Positions 38,477-48,658 of a stretch of DNA of 64,000 nt are shown here, one piece after another. The notes beneath the pieces are model-generated. The model ran no database searches. It saw only the letters and a list, made by a program, of their open reading frames with translations, and was not told the DNA's origin. The stretch spans positions 35,457 through 99,456 of the forward strand of contig CAJTXS010000003.1 in NCBI GenBank assembly GCA_910583735.1. Direction: 5' to 3'. The stretch is from an uncultured Christensenella sp. Lineage in GTDB: Bacteria; Bacillota; Clostridia; Christensenellales; UBA3700. Within the stretch, counting starts at the first letter, position 1, and each line of letters opens with the position of its first letter. Position numbers and translations under genes: made by a program.

Positions 38477-39745
38477 TTATTCCCTCACAGATACGCATAT
38501 ACGACTTGCCGAGCGTAATTTGTCCGATTGCGCGGTGTTGAGCGTGAGTCGGAGCATGCAAGCGGGACGTATGCCGAGCTCGCGTTTCGAGTATATCTCC
38601 TCTCCGTCCGCCTCTACGCATATGCGACCCGAAGCGCGCTCCGTGCTCGGGCGCGCGGTAAAGGTAATTGCGCCGCTTGCCGAAGATAAGACTTGCATAG
38701 GCACGGTGTAGCGTATGCCGTCCGAGCACTCCACGGGTACGGATTTTCCTCGCGCCGCAGCGCCTTTTAAGGCGTACAGCGCCGCGTTTCTGCCCGCGAC
38801 TTCGCTCTCCAAGCAGGCGTAATCGGCAAGGTCGTGCACGTGCAGCATGTTGCCCGCGCAGAATATGCCGTCGATGTCGCTCATGAGACTGTCGTCTACT
38901 TTTGCCCCGCCGGTAGTCGCATGCAGTCCTATGCCCGCGTCGCGAGCAAGCTCCGTCTCGGGCACAAGTCCCACGCTGAGCAGCAACGTGTCGCACGGCA
39001 GCAGAAACTCGCTGCCGGCTATCGGGCGCATAGATTCATCCGTCTTAGCCGCTATTACGCCGCTCACTCTGCCGTTGCGAGAGAGTATGTCCACCACCGT
39101 GTGGGACGTCATCAGCGGTATGTTAAAGTCGTCGAGGCATTGCGCCACGTTGCGGGGCAGTCCCGAGGCGCGCGGCATTATCTCGAGCACCGCTCTCACC
39201 TTGGCGCCCTGAAGCGTCATGCGCCTTGCCATGATCAGCCCTATATCGCCCGAGCCGAGTATTACGCACTCTTTGCCAGCCATGTAGCCCATAATATTGA
39301 CGAGCTTCTGCGCGGTGCCCGCCGTGTATACGCCCGCGCAGCGTGCGCCCGCTATACCTATCGCCCCGCGAGGTCTTTCTCTACAGCCGCATGTGAGCAC
39401 TACGGCAGACGCAGCGATGCGGAAAACGCCCTCTCTGCTTACGCATGTTACAGTCTTGTCCGCGTCCACGCGTGTTACGGCGGTATCGAGTCTGTACTCG
39501 ATGCCGCGTTCGGCTGCCATGTCTATCAGACGTGCGGCGTATTCGGGGCCCGTGAGTTCGCTCTTGAAGAGCGTTAGCCCAAATCCTGCATGAATGCACT
39601 GGTTGAGTATGCCGCCCAGTCTGCCGTCTCGCTCGAGTATGAGTACGTCCTTTGCTCCCGCGTCGTAGGCTGCGATTGCCGCCGACAGACCCGCGGGTCC
39701 GCCGCCTATAACTACCACGGAGCGATGCTCTGAATTAATCATCAT
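38477..39745 (-). CDS. NAD(P)/FAD-dependent pyridine nucleotide-disulfide oxidoreductase (glycerol-3-P dehydrogenase complex subunit)
   Basis: Start set to the ATG at 39745 (MMINSEHR), which forms an ATGA overlap with the upstream stop and follows GGAGGA. Contains VVVIGGGPAGLSAA and a second dinucleotide-binding motif, CVILGSGDIG. Confidence 0.8.
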   Translation of the reverse strand: MMINSEHRSVVVIGGGPAGLSAAIAAYDAGAKDVLILERDGRLGGILNQCIHAGFGLTLFKSELTGPEYAARLIDMAAERGIEYRLDTAVTRVDADKTVTCVSREGVFRIAASAVVLTCGCRERPRGAIGIAGARCAGVYTAGTAQKLVNIMGYMAGKECVILGSGDIGLIMARRMTLQGAKVRAVLEIMPRASGLPRNVAQCLDDFNIPLMTSHTVVDILSRNGRVSGVIAAKTDESMRPIAGSEFLLPCDTLLLSVGLVPETELARDAGIGLHATTGGAKVDDSLMSDIDGIFCAGNMLHVHDLADYACLESEVAGRNAALYALKGAAARGKSVPVECSDGIRYTVPMQVLSSASGAITFTARPSTERASGRICVEADGEEIYSKRELGIRPACMLRLTLNTAQSDKLRSASRICVSVRE

Positions 39746-41166
39746 ATCCTCCCCGCGACTACGTACGAGCCTGCGCCGCATTTTGTCACTTCTGTAATGG
39801 GCGCGCCCAATGTGTCCGCAATTAGCCGTATTACTTCGGGCGAACAAAATCCCGCCTGACATCTGCCCATGCCCGCCCTCGTGCGCCGCTTGACGCCGTC
39901 GAGATCTCTTGCGCCTAAAGGACGTTTAATGCTGTCTATAATCTCGCCTTCCGTCACGCACTCGCAGCGACACACGATCTTGCCGTAGCGGCTGTCGGAA
40001 GCAATCAGCTTCGCCCGTTCGTCGTCGGACATTGCGGCAAAGCAAGGTATGCCCTTGCGGATTACGACTAAGTCTTGCTTGCGACTTGCGCCTAAGTATT
40101 GCGCCGCCTCTTTAGCTACGTGCACGGCTATTGCCGGAGCGGACGTGAGCCCGGGAGACTCTATACCCGCCACGTTATAAAAGCCCTCTACGCTCGACAT
40201 ACCGATTATAAAGTCGTCTCTGTCGCTGTGCGCTCTCACTCCCACGAACTGCGTAATTGCGCTCTTCAGCGAAATAGAAGGGACGCTCAGTCTGCCCTTG
40301 TCCGCCGCTTCCGCAAGACCTAAGGCGGTGGCGGATACGTCGTCCTTGTTGTCCGTGTCCAGCGCGGTGGGACCTACGAGCACATTGCCGTGCACCGTGG
40401 GCGCAACCAGCACGCCTTTGCCCAGCGCGGTCGGCAGCTGAAATAGAGTGGCGTCCGTGAGATAAGACTGCGTCTTGTCGAGCAGGTAGTACTCGCCTCT
40501 GCGACCCTTTATGCGGAAGTCGCCCGCTCCCGCCATGGCTGCTATCTCGTCGGCGTGAACGCCCGCGCAGTTGATGACAAGGCGAGCCTCGTAGCAGCTA
40601 TTGTCCGAGCAGGTTACGCGCATGTAATCGCCGTATCTTGTAACGGACGTTACGCATGTATCGAATATAAACCGAGCGCCGCGCATATAAGCTCGCTCAG
40701 CGAACGCTATCGTCATCTCGTACGGAGATACTATGCCCGACGAGGGGCTATACAGCGCCGCAGTTACGGCGGCGGATACGTTGGGATTGAGCTTGCGCAC
40801 GTCGTCGCCGCTCACAATCTTAAGTCCGCTTATTCCGTTGGCTATGCCGCGCTTAAGCAACGCATTAAGACTGCTTATCCTGTCGGTGTCGAAAGCGAGC
40901 ACATACGCGCCGTTGCGACGGAAGGGGAAGTCGAGTTGCTCGGCAAGAGTGTCGAACATGGGATTGCCGAGCGCATTGAACTTGGCTTTAAGAGAGCCTA
41001 TCGGGGCGTCGAAGCCGCCGTGTACTATGCCCGAATTGGCTTTAGAGGCGCCGCATGCGACGTCGCTCGCCCTCTCTATAACCGCTATGTCACAGTCGTA
41101 TTCTCCGAGCGCGTCGGCTATTGCGCAGCCGCATACGCCCGCGCCGATAATGATTACGTCTTTCAT
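39742..41166 (-). CDS. FAD-dependent glycerol-3-phosphate dehydrogenase/oxidase with BFD-like [2Fe-2S] domain
   Basis: 474 aa. N-terminal VIIIGAGVCGCAIA. C-terminal CRCECVTEGEI...GRCQAGFC Cys cluster. Lies in an operon with glpK. Confidence 0.85.
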   Translation of the reverse strand: MKDVIIIGAGVCGCAIADALGEYDCDIAVIERASDVACGASKANSGIVHGGFDAPIGSLKAKFNALGNPMFDTLAEQLDFPFRRNGAYVLAFDTDRISSLNALLKRGIANGISGLKIVSGDDVRKLNPNVSAAVTAALYSPSSGIVSPYEMTIAFAERAYMRGARFIFDTCVTSVTRYGDYMRVTCSDNSCYEARLVINCAGVHADEIAAMAGAGDFRIKGRRGEYYLLDKTQSYLTDATLFQLPTALGKGVLVAPTVHGNVLVGPTALDTDNKDDVSATALGLAEAADKGRLSVPSISLKSAITQFVGVRAHSDRDDFIIGMSSVEGFYNVAGIESPGLTSAPAIAVHVAKEAAQYLGASRKQDLVVIRKGIPCFAAMSDDERAKLIASDSRYGKIVCRCECVTEGEIIDSIKRPLGARDLDGVKRRTRAGMGRCQAGFCSPEVIRLIADTLGAPITEVTKCGAGSYVVAGRI

Positions 41167-41322
41167 ATCTCCTCCGCTATCATTATATCACACCTTATCG
41201 ATTGAGACTACCGATAATAGGCGTTAAGCGACGGAGAAAAACGTGATTTCGCTGCATTACGCGCGCCGTCGCATCTTGACTGAAAATAAAAAGAGTGCTA
41301 AAATATTGTCGGGAAAAGGACT

Positions 41323-42552
41323 ATGAGGAAGTTAATATTCAAAGCTCAAGCGAAAAATATCATTGCGGTATTTCTTATTATGTCGCTGCTTACGGCGATA
41401 CTATTTATCGCGTTAGCGGCGATAGGTGGGGCTATCGGTTACGCTGTCAATCTCAGCTATGCGCGTTCGGCGCCGTCGTACGCGACGGAGGTATCCAAGA
41501 CGTGCGCGCTCGACGGTGAGGGCGATTATACTTTCACTATCCCTAAGGATAAGGAGCTGAAGATCCTTAACCTTACCGACCTGCATATAGGCGGAGGATG
41601 GGGCTCTATTCAGACGGACAGGAACGCGCTTAAGGCGATACATACGCTTGTCAAGTATTCCCGTCCCGACCTCATCACAATTACGGGCGATACTCTCTTT
41701 CCCATAGTGTGGTCGGCAGGCACGCTCAACAACCGCAAGGGAGCCAATCTCCTCACCGCTCTGCTCGACAGTATGGAAGTGCCCTATGCGGTAGTATTCG
41801 GCAATCATGAGACAGAGGGCAACAACACCGTGCTTGACAGAGAGGAACTGGGACGCTATTATGCGAGCAAAGAGTACTGTCTCATGCAGACGGATAAGAC
41901 CTATACCGACGCGAGCGGCAACGAGGTAAAGCCTTACGGCGTAGGCAACTATGTTATAAAGGTGAAAGAAGAGAGCGGCAAGCTCAATACAGCGCTCGTA
42001 TTTATCGACTCCAACGACTACATGCCCGGCGCGGGCGGGCTCGATTGGAGCTACGACAGGATACACGACGATCAAGTCGAGTGGTTTAAGCAGAAAGTGG
42101 ACGCGATAAGCGAGCTAAATAAGGACGCGCGAGTACTGTCCTTCTTCCATATTCCGCTGTGGGAATACGGCGATGCCTGGACCGCCGCTATGAACGGCGA
42201 CGCCGACGCTACGCTGCACTTCGGCTGGGCGGGCGAGACGGGCGGCAAGAGCTACGGCGGCAAGGAGGACAGCCACCTCTTCGACGTAATGCAAGACTTT
42301 AACAACAATCCCGATAAAGCCGACTGCGTAGGCGTATTCTGCGGACACGACCACTACAACAACTACTCTATTACGTATAAAGGTATAAGGCTCACCTACG
42401 GCTTCTCGATAGACTATCTCGCCTACGCCGATATCAAGAATCAGTCTTGGCAGAGAGGCGGACAGCTTATCACCTTGAAGTCGGGCAGCAAGGGACTTGA
42501 CTTCGACGTCAAGCCTATCATATACGAGGGAATAAAACTCATGGAAGGCTAA
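41323..42552 (+). CDS. Membrane-anchored calcineurin-like metallophosphoesterase
   Basis: 409 aa. N-terminal TM helix. Motifs LTDLHIGG, ITGDTLF, GNHE and CGHDH. Confidence 0.8.
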   Translation: MRKLIFKAQAKNIIAVFLIMSLLTAILFIALAAIGGAIGYAVNLSYARSAPSYATEVSKTCALDGEGDYTFTIPKDKELKILNLTDLHIGGGWGSIQTDRNALKAIHTLVKYSRPDLITITGDTLFPIVWSAGTLNNRKGANLLTALLDSMEVPYAVVFGNHETEGNNTVLDREELGRYYASKEYCLMQTDKTYTDASGNEVKPYGVGNYVIKVKEESGKLNTALVFIDSNDYMPGAGGLDWSYDRIHDDQVEWFKQKVDAISELNKDARVLSFFHIPLWEYGDAWTAAMNGDADATLHFGWAGETGGKSYGGKEDSHLFDVMQDFNNNPDKADCVGVFCGHDHYNNYSITYKGIRLTYGFSIDYLAYADIKNQSWQRGGQLITLKSGSKGLDFDVKPIIYEGIKLMEG

Positions 42553-42599
42553 GCCGCCATTACGCAACGGCGATGACGTATATTGACAGATTAGCGATT

Positions 42600-42625
42600 A
42601 GACGCCCGTTACGGGCGTCTATTTC
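42600..42625 (+). terminator. Rho-independent terminator after the phosphoesterase gene
   Basis: AGACGCCCG-TTA-CGGGCGTCT followed by ATTTC. Confidence 0.6.
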
Positions 42626-42933
42626 AATAACGCGTTATATTCTGTCTGTCTGCTTCCTGAACATTTTTGTAGAGTCTATTATTGATTTTAAGCGTAATTC
42701 TGTTGGATGTTGCGACGGTAGCTACAATATTCGAGCCGTCGTCTATAGACGAAGCTAATTGCTTAGGCAAAATTAAAAAATTGAAAATCACGCAAGTATT
42801 CGTACGCAAAATAAAATTCGGCGTAAAAAAATTGATTGCAGCAGGCTTAATGTCTGCGCCGAGATGACATCGATATAAGCGTTGCCTATATTCAGCTACG
42901 GTAAAGCTGCGAGCATACTTGCGGGCTTTTATA

Positions 42934-45099
42934 TTACTCGGGCAGCGGGTCGTCCTCAATACCGCGCTTGAGCTTGATCCTCTGCTCTTCCTGCCTAAAC
43001 AATTCGTTGACGCTTGTAGCGTCCAGCTCGAGACTGTGCTCGGCAAGAGACGACTTGTCGGCAAAGGCGTCGAAGATGTTCTGTTTATCTTCGAGCAGGT
43101 GCGTAATCTTTTCGTCTATGGTGTCGTCGCTGAGCAGTCTGTATACCAGCACGTTGCGCGCCTGTCCCATGCGGTAAGCGCGAGATATCGCTTGATTCTC
43201 CGTCGAGGGCTTAAACTGGGGCTCGCATATAATCACTACGCTCGCCGATTGAATGTTTAAGCCCGTGCCGCCCGCCTGTATCTGCGCAACTAACACGCTG
43301 CCTGCGGGAGCGCTCTCGAATTCGTCTACTATCTGTTGGCGGCGTTGGGGAGATACGGAGCCGTTGATGATAGGCATGCATTTATCGCCGAGGCATGTTA
43401 CTACCTTGTGCAGCGTATCCAAAAAGAATGAGAATACGATTATCTTCCTACCCTCTTTCTCCGCCTTATCCACTATCTCTTTAAGCCTTGCGGCCTTGGA
43501 CGAGCGGGAAATATCGTTAATGTGCCACGACACTCTGCGGGCGAAGGCATACTGCCTATTGAGAATCGCCTGCTCGTATACGCGCTCTTCCTCGGGCAAG
43601 AGGTCGCACCACTCGCGCGTCTCGGTTAGTTCGGGCAACTCCGTGAGTACGTCGTCCCTCTTTCTGCGGTAGTACACGGGGGCTATCTTGTCTCTGAATT
43701 GCTCTGCCGAAGCCATGAACGCCATACCCTTAACCTGCCTAGCTACTTTGGGCTGAAGTATCTGCATGAGGCGTATCATCTCCTCGACGTTGTTCTCCAG
43801 CGCAGTGCCTGTCATGAATAATATATTGTCCGCGTGAGTGCATATCTCCACGGTCTCCAAGGTGCGCTTGGCCTCTGGATTCTTGATATAGTGCGCCTCG
43901 TCCACTATCAGCATGGAAAACTTAAAGGCGGGCTCGAGCACGAAATGCACCGCCGTCTCGTAAGTGGTGACGGCTACGCCGCCCGACTTGAGCCAGGCAG
44001 AGAGCGCCGCCTTCTTGTCGTCGCCGTGGACTTTGATTACGGCAAGGTCGCTGTGCTTTACTATCTCTCGGCACCAATTGGTGAGCACGCTTGCGGGGCA
44101 TATCACGGCGAAGTGCGTCCCGCCGCTGCCGCGCAGCGATACCATTGCGGCTATAGCCTGTACCGTCTTGCCAAGACCCATCTCGTCGCCGAGCAGTACG
44201 CGCTTTTGACGCAAGATGTACTTGACGCCCCACTCTTGATAGCGACGCAGCGTGCACTTGAGCCCGTCGGTGATAATCTGCTGCCCCTTTATTTCGTTAG
44301 CCAGCTCGAGCGGAAGCCCGCCGACGGCTTTTTCCGAGCCGAGCAGCCCCGGCACAGTCTCTTCCAGTACGGTGAAGTATGCGATGCTGTTTTTTGCAAA
44401 GTCCTGCCAGGCGACGTCCGCTCCTATGCTTGCGGTCTGATCGAGCGCGGCTAATGCGCCCTCTGCCGTCGCGCCGTAGAAGTCGCTGTTCATTATCCCC
44501 AGCAGATGTTCGTACGCCGCGTCCGCCTCTTCCTTGACGGTTCTGGAGGAAAATATCCTCTTGAATATCCCCGTCGCGGGCGTCAGCTTGTCGACGAGTA
44601 AAGCCACCTCGGGATTGCGCCTGCTCAAGGAGCGGCACAGCTTGATATAAGTGAGACTGTGAGTGTAGATATATACCGCCTTAACTATCTGCGTAGTTGC
44701 GGGCGTGCGTCTGTCTACGCTCAGGCGCAGCTTGGTAGATTGGCGTATCTTGTCGGAGAATTCGCGTAATAGGTCTTTGATGGCAAGGGCGCCTTCTCTG
44801 CTGATGCCCTGCAAGTCGGCGAGCTCCTCTACGCTCGCGTGCGCAAGGTCTGCCATGTTGACGTATCCGCCGTCCGTGAGCACCTTTACGCGTATGGTGC
44901 GCAATGTCTTGTTAATCTCTTCTACGGGCAGGGACTGAAGTATCTTATATACTTCGGTATTGAGGAATATGTCGGCAGCTTGCCTTATCATGCCCTTGAG
45001 CACAGCGCTCTGTCTGCATGCAATATCGAGCGCGCGCATGAGATTTCGGCTGCGCGCAATCAACTTCTTGGCGTCAAAGGTTGAGTAATTCTTAGCCAT
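42934..45099 (-). CDS. SNF2-family DEAD/H helicase with a ~280-aa non-helicase N-terminal region
   Basis: 721 aa. Motif I LLGDEMGLGKTVQAIA, motif II LIVDEAHYIKN, helicase C motifs (VAQIQAGGTGLNIQ, ENQAISRAYRMGQ). The N-terminal region has an HhH-like segment (ELADLQGISREGALAIKDL). Confidence 0.88.
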   Translation of the reverse strand: MAKNYSTFDAKKLIARSRNLMRALDIACRQSAVLKGMIRQAADIFLNTEVYKILQSLPVEEINKTLRTIRVKVLTDGGYVNMADLAHASVEELADLQGISREGALAIKDLLREFSDKIRQSTKLRLSVDRRTPATTQIVKAVYIYTHSLTYIKLCRSLSRRNPEVALLVDKLTPATGIFKRIFSSRTVKEEADAAYEHLLGIMNSDFYGATAEGALAALDQTASIGADVAWQDFAKNSIAYFTVLEETVPGLLGSEKAVGGLPLELANEIKGQQIITDGLKCTLRRYQEWGVKYILRQKRVLLGDEMGLGKTVQAIAAMVSLRGSGGTHFAVICPASVLTNWCREIVKHSDLAVIKVHGDDKKAALSAWLKSGGVAVTTYETAVHFVLEPAFKFSMLIVDEAHYIKNPEAKRTLETVEICTHADNILFMTGTALENNVEEMIRLMQILQPKVARQVKGMAFMASAEQFRDKIAPVYYRRKRDDVLTELPELTETREWCDLLPEEERVYEQAILNRQYAFARRVSWHINDISRSSKAARLKEIVDKAEKEGRKIIVFSFFLDTLHKVVTCLGDKCMPIINGSVSPQRRQQIVDEFESAPAGSVLVAQIQAGGTGLNIQSASVVIICEPQFKPSTENQAISRAYRMGQARNVLVYRLLSDDTIDEKITHLLEDKQNIFDAFADKSSLAEHSLELDATSVNELFRQEEQRIKLKRGIEDDPLPE

Positions 45100-45263
45100 G
45101 ATATATACCTGCCGTAGATTGATATGTAATTAAGATTATAGCATAAAGTAATGCCTTTTGCTATCTATGAGTAGATAATTTGCCCGCGGCTACGCAACGC
45201 CAGAAAGCCTCGTAGGTTGCCGCTTGCCTTACGCTCGGGCACTGTTGTAAAATCAAGCGATAT

Positions 45264-45815
45264 CTATCGCTTAGCCTCGCCTTTTGCAATTTCGGTGTAG
45301 CGGCGCACGAAGTCGCCTTTAGCCTGCGTATAGGCGTCGCGGTCGTGTCTGTATGCGCGAGCCAACGACAGCTTGAGCGCCTCGTACTGCTCTGCTACGT
45401 CCGCGTGCGCGTTGAGATAGTCGCGAAAGTATATCTCATCGTCGTCGCCCTCGTATCTGATATGCAGATGAAAGACCTTGTCCGCATATCCCTGCTCGGT
45501 ATAGCCTTTATTGAGCGATATGCGTCGCTCGCTCTCGTTCATGATTATGTATCCCGACGATACGGCGTCCCGAGCGTAAGCGCGGATATCGGCAGTATTG
45601 GGTATTACAGCCAGGATATCCACAATCGGCTTAGTCATTATCCCGGCAATAGCGGTGCTGCCGATGTGGCTGAGCTTAGCTCCCTTCAGCCGCTCGCCGA
45701 GCAAAGCCGCCTCCCCGGCGTACTGCTCGGAAAAGCGAGGGTCGTGCTCCGTAAGTATAATGGGAAACAGCTCCCACAACTCGGCAAGAGACATCTCCGA
45801 TAAGGGCTTACCCAT
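45264..45815 (-). CDS. GrpB (UPF0157) family protein
   Basis: 183 aa. HIGSTAIAGIMTKPIVDIL and FHLHIR patterns typical of GrpB. Confidence 0.8.
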   Translation of the reverse strand: MGKPLSEMSLAELWELFPIILTEHDPRFSEQYAGEAALLGERLKGAKLSHIGSTAIAGIMTKPIVDILAVIPNTADIRAYARDAVSSGYIIMNESERRISLNKGYTEQGYADKVFHLHIRYEGDDDEIYFRDYLNAHADVAEQYEALKLSLARAYRHDRDAYTQAKGDFVRRYTEIAKGEAKR

Positions 45816-45819
45816 ACGG

Positions 45820-46332
45820 TTATCCCTCTTGATTATATTCGCTATCCGAGCCTACAGTCATGTCCTCGGAACGCTTACGCCTGCGCTCTTTGAGGTATCT
45901 GATAAGTCTGCTCGACTCGAATACCGTGACTAACAGGCTTGCCGCGCACAGCACGACAAGTATAATCATGAGCAAGGCTCCCGACCTTCCGATGATGTAG
46001 TCGTTGGGGTCGTCGGGATTGTAGTAGACGGTCCTGGTAGAGCCGATGTTGCGAGGCGGATGCTCGGACGTGACAAGATAATCGCTTATTATCGTATACG
46101 TCTGTCCGTCAACGACGTACTCCAGTATGTCTCTGTAGTCGTATACATGCTCCAAGTCCTCATATCTGCCGTTGCTGCGCTTGTGGTCGACGACTACGGC
46201 GTCTACCGCGGTATAGCTGTCCGTCTTTATATATCTCGATGTCGCATAAATCGAGCCGCACAGCGTGCCGATTGTCAATAGTACCAATATTATCAAAGGC
46301 ACTATATTGGGTTTACTCATAGAGCGAGCCAT
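45820..46332 (-). CDS. DUF3592-like membrane protein
   Basis: Start set to the ATG at 46332 (MARSMSK), preceded by GAGGAGG. Layout is an N-terminal TM, a beta-rich middle (TVYYNPDDPNDY) and a C-terminal TM. Confidence 0.65.
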   Translation of the reverse strand: MARSMSKPNIVPLIILVLLTIGTLCGSIYATSRYIKTDSYTAVDAVVVDHKRSNGRYEDLEHVYDYRDILEYVVDGQTYTIISDYLVTSEHPPRNIGSTRTVYYNPDDPNDYIIGRSGALLMIILVVLCAASLLVTVFESSRLIRYLKERRRKRSEDMTVGSDSEYNQEG

Positions 46333-46433
46333 TGCTTGACCTCCTCGAAATGCGGGCTGCACTTTATTGACAGTTTAGCATATCTTAAGCGCTATGTAAA
46401 TAATATATGAAAATTCCTATGCGAGCCTAAGGC

Positions 46434-46874
46434 TTAGGCGTTGCGGCGTCGTATTAATTGCGACTTGATATACGATATCAGCTTTCCTGCCGCCTTGAAA
46501 GCCGCCTGTCGCAGCGCGTCTATTGCCATGCAAGCTATAAACACCGCAAGCACCGCCGCTATCGCAAAGACTATAAAGTAATTGCCGTAAGCGTGGAATT
46601 TGCACTTGAGCAGCTCTTGCCACAGGTAGTAGCGCACGTATATATTGTCGTGTATCAGATAGATGCCGAACGCGGTGCTCGCGGCTGCCGCTATTGCGCG
46701 GCTGCTGCCCATATTGAAATTCTTGAATGTGCAGAAGAGCGAAACCGAACATATCAAACATATGCCTCCCGTAAGAACCCAAAGGTCCTCGTCGGTAAAC
46801 ACGTTGGTAACCGCCATGACGGCAAGCGAAACAATAAAGACGGGTATCATTATAGCATTGCGATTAAGTCGCAT
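46434..46874 (-). pseudogene. C-terminal fragment of an acyltransferase-3 (OatA-like) family membrane protein
   Basis: Only 146 aa of TM-rich sequence (FGIYLIHDNIY...), resembling the last third of acyltransferase_3 proteins. No N-terminal part lies upstream. Confidence 0.5.
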
Positions 46875-46948
46875 TATGTATCGGTTATTTGATTGAATTT
46901 TGCCATGCAGCCGTAAACTCTCGCTGATAACCGTCGGGTATATCAGCG

Positions 46949-47419
46949 CTACTCGGCGTCATTATTAAGCTCTTGCAGTCTGCTTTTAGCGTATTTTACG
47001 GACAAAGAATATTGCCGCTCTATGTCCTCAAGTTCCCTTTGATACTTGCGCAGCGCCTGCGCCGCTTTTTTATCACGCAATTCTTCTTGAGCGGTAATAT
47101 ACTCTTCTATACGCCCTTTGTCGCTCTTGGAAAGAGCTGCCATCTTTATGACGTCCGGTGCGATTGCCTGCGCAAGATTTTTGAACATCTGCCTCTCCCC
47201 TTCTTCAAGCTCTTTGGTACGACGCATAAATATGCCCTTCGTCTCCTCGCCGCTCATAGACCCTACCATGCCAACTTGTATAAAGTTACGGTTAGTAGGC
47301 GGAACGGCTACCTTTTGCATATATAGCGGCGCGCGTGTAAAATAATCTTTTCCGTCCTTGTGCTTAGGCGGCAGTATGTCGGTAGCATCGTAGTAGTTGT
47401 CGTCATCGTCTATAATCAT
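46949..47419 (-). CDS. Hypothetical protein with coiled-coil C-terminus
   Basis: 156-aa ORF with no recognisable motif. Acidic N-terminus and a Lys/Glu-rich helical C-terminus. Confidence 0.55.
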   Translation of the reverse strand: MIIDDDDNYYDATDILPPKHKDGKDYFTRAPLYMQKVAVPPTNRNFIQVGMVGSMSGEETKGIFMRRTKELEEGERQMFKNLAQAIAPDVIKMAALSKSDKGRIEEYITAQEELRDKKAAQALRKYQRELEDIERQYSLSVKYAKSRLQELNNDAE

Positions 47420-47862
47420 TATTAATGCCCCTTATATGGATAGATAACTAAATGATAACGACTTATATATGACATATTATGTCATATTATTATCGACTTG
47501 TAAATATTGCTGCGGTTGAGGCAAATGAGCTATTGCATAATTGCGGCAGTTAATGCCAGTAGAAAGATTTTATTGTATAAATTATAAATTCCTTTGCCCG
47601 TGCGCTGTGATGCTCGTACTGCGCTGTTACGCTTTCTTCTTTGTAGTCGCTCCACCTGTCAGTACCTTTTACCGTAAATGTCAAGCTTTCGGCTATAAGT
47701 TACATTTTACGTCTCTTATACGTTGTTTACCTTGAAAAATAAAAATAGGCTTGTTTTTTATCAAGCCGGTGTAAACTTGCAATTTTGTTTTACTTTTATG
47801 CTTTACATTGACGTAAAATGTGATATAATGCTCTATTAAAATCGAGAGGGAATGTAACGGAA

Positions 47863-48252
47863 TTGCGAAACGAGTTCATAATAGACGATAACGGATGTCT
47901 TATGGAGTATATAGGAACAAGCAAATATGTTAGCTTGCCTTCCGACGTAAAAGAAATTTCTTTTCGCACATTTCTTCGCAGCGATATTTGCTCTATAGAG
48001 ACCCCCAATAGCGTGACTTATATAGACGTACAGGCATTTCTGTGTTGCGACAACTTAAGACATGTAGTAATACCTATAAGCGTTAAGGCAATGGAATATG
48101 CGGTCTTTGAAGATTGCAATAATCTTACCGATATTTACTTGGAGGCGCAACGATGTACGCATCTGGGATACGATTGGGATTACGGCTGCAAGGCAAAGCT
48201 GCACTTTGCGGGAGAGTGGGAATATGTTGACGGCGTGCCTAAGGTAAAATAA
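47863..48252 (+). CDS. BspA-type leucine-rich repeat (LRR_5) domain protein, short
   Basis: 129 aa. Repeats of the IPxSVxxIxxxAFxxCxNL type (SLPSDVKEISFRTF..., TPNSVTYIDVQAFLCCDNL, IPISVKAMEYAVFEDCNNL). Predicted TTG start. Confidence 0.65.
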   Translation: MRNEFIIDDNGCLMEYIGTSKYVSLPSDVKEISFRTFLRSDICSIETPNSVTYIDVQAFLCCDNLRHVVIPISVKAMEYAVFEDCNNLTDIYLEAQRCTHLGYDWDYGCKAKLHFAGEWEYVDGVPKVK

Positions 48253-48355
48253 TTTAATTATTGCGACGTAATACGGTATATGATCCAATATAAAATGCGT
48301 TGCGCTGCAAGATAATATTATAGGTAGTTGTTATCGGTTTGAAAGTCGGAATATG

Positions 48356-48559
48356 TTAATCTTCTACGCCGAGCAGGTAGTCGGTAGATACTGAGAAAAA
48401 TGCCGCTAATGTAATTACGGCGTTGGCATTGGGTACTCGCTGCTCCGTCTCCCAATACACTATTGCGGTGTGGCTTAGCCCGGTAGCATTTGCCAATTGA
48501 GCTTGGGATAGGTCTTTTTCTTTGCGGAGTTCTTTAAGTCTTTCGGCAAATTTATTCAT
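48356..48559 (-). CDS. XRE-family HTH regulator (copy 1)
   Basis: 67 aa: MNKFAERLKELRKEKDLSQAQLANATGLSHTAIVYWETEQRVPN. Roughly half identical by eye to the 48927 product. Confidence 0.85.
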   Translation of the reverse strand: MNKFAERLKELRKEKDLSQAQLANATGLSHTAIVYWETEQRVPNANAVITLAAFFSVSTDYLLGVED

Positions 48560-48658
48560 AAAAAAATACTATCACAAATGTGACTTAAAGTCTTGACTAA
48601 TCACGATTGGGACTGCTATAATAAATGCAGTCACAAAAGAGACTACAGCGTAATGTAA

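Noticed and set aside
39746-39862. An N-terminal 39-codon extension of the oxidoreductase ORF overlapping the upstream G3P dehydrogenase gene
   Set aside because: The internal ATG at 39745 gives an ATGA stop/start overlap, follows GGAGGA, and places the GxGxxG motif at the normal distance from the N-terminus. The longer form is an ORF-calling artefact.
47541-47735. A locally GC-richer patch with a 64-aa plus-strand ORF and a ~45-codon minus-strand frame (…TFTVKGTDRWSDYKEESVTAQYEHH…) that vaguely suggested a toxin remnant
   Set aside because: No start/RBS and no motif I can assign. The resemblance to RelE/YoeB-type toxins is too weak to report as a feature.
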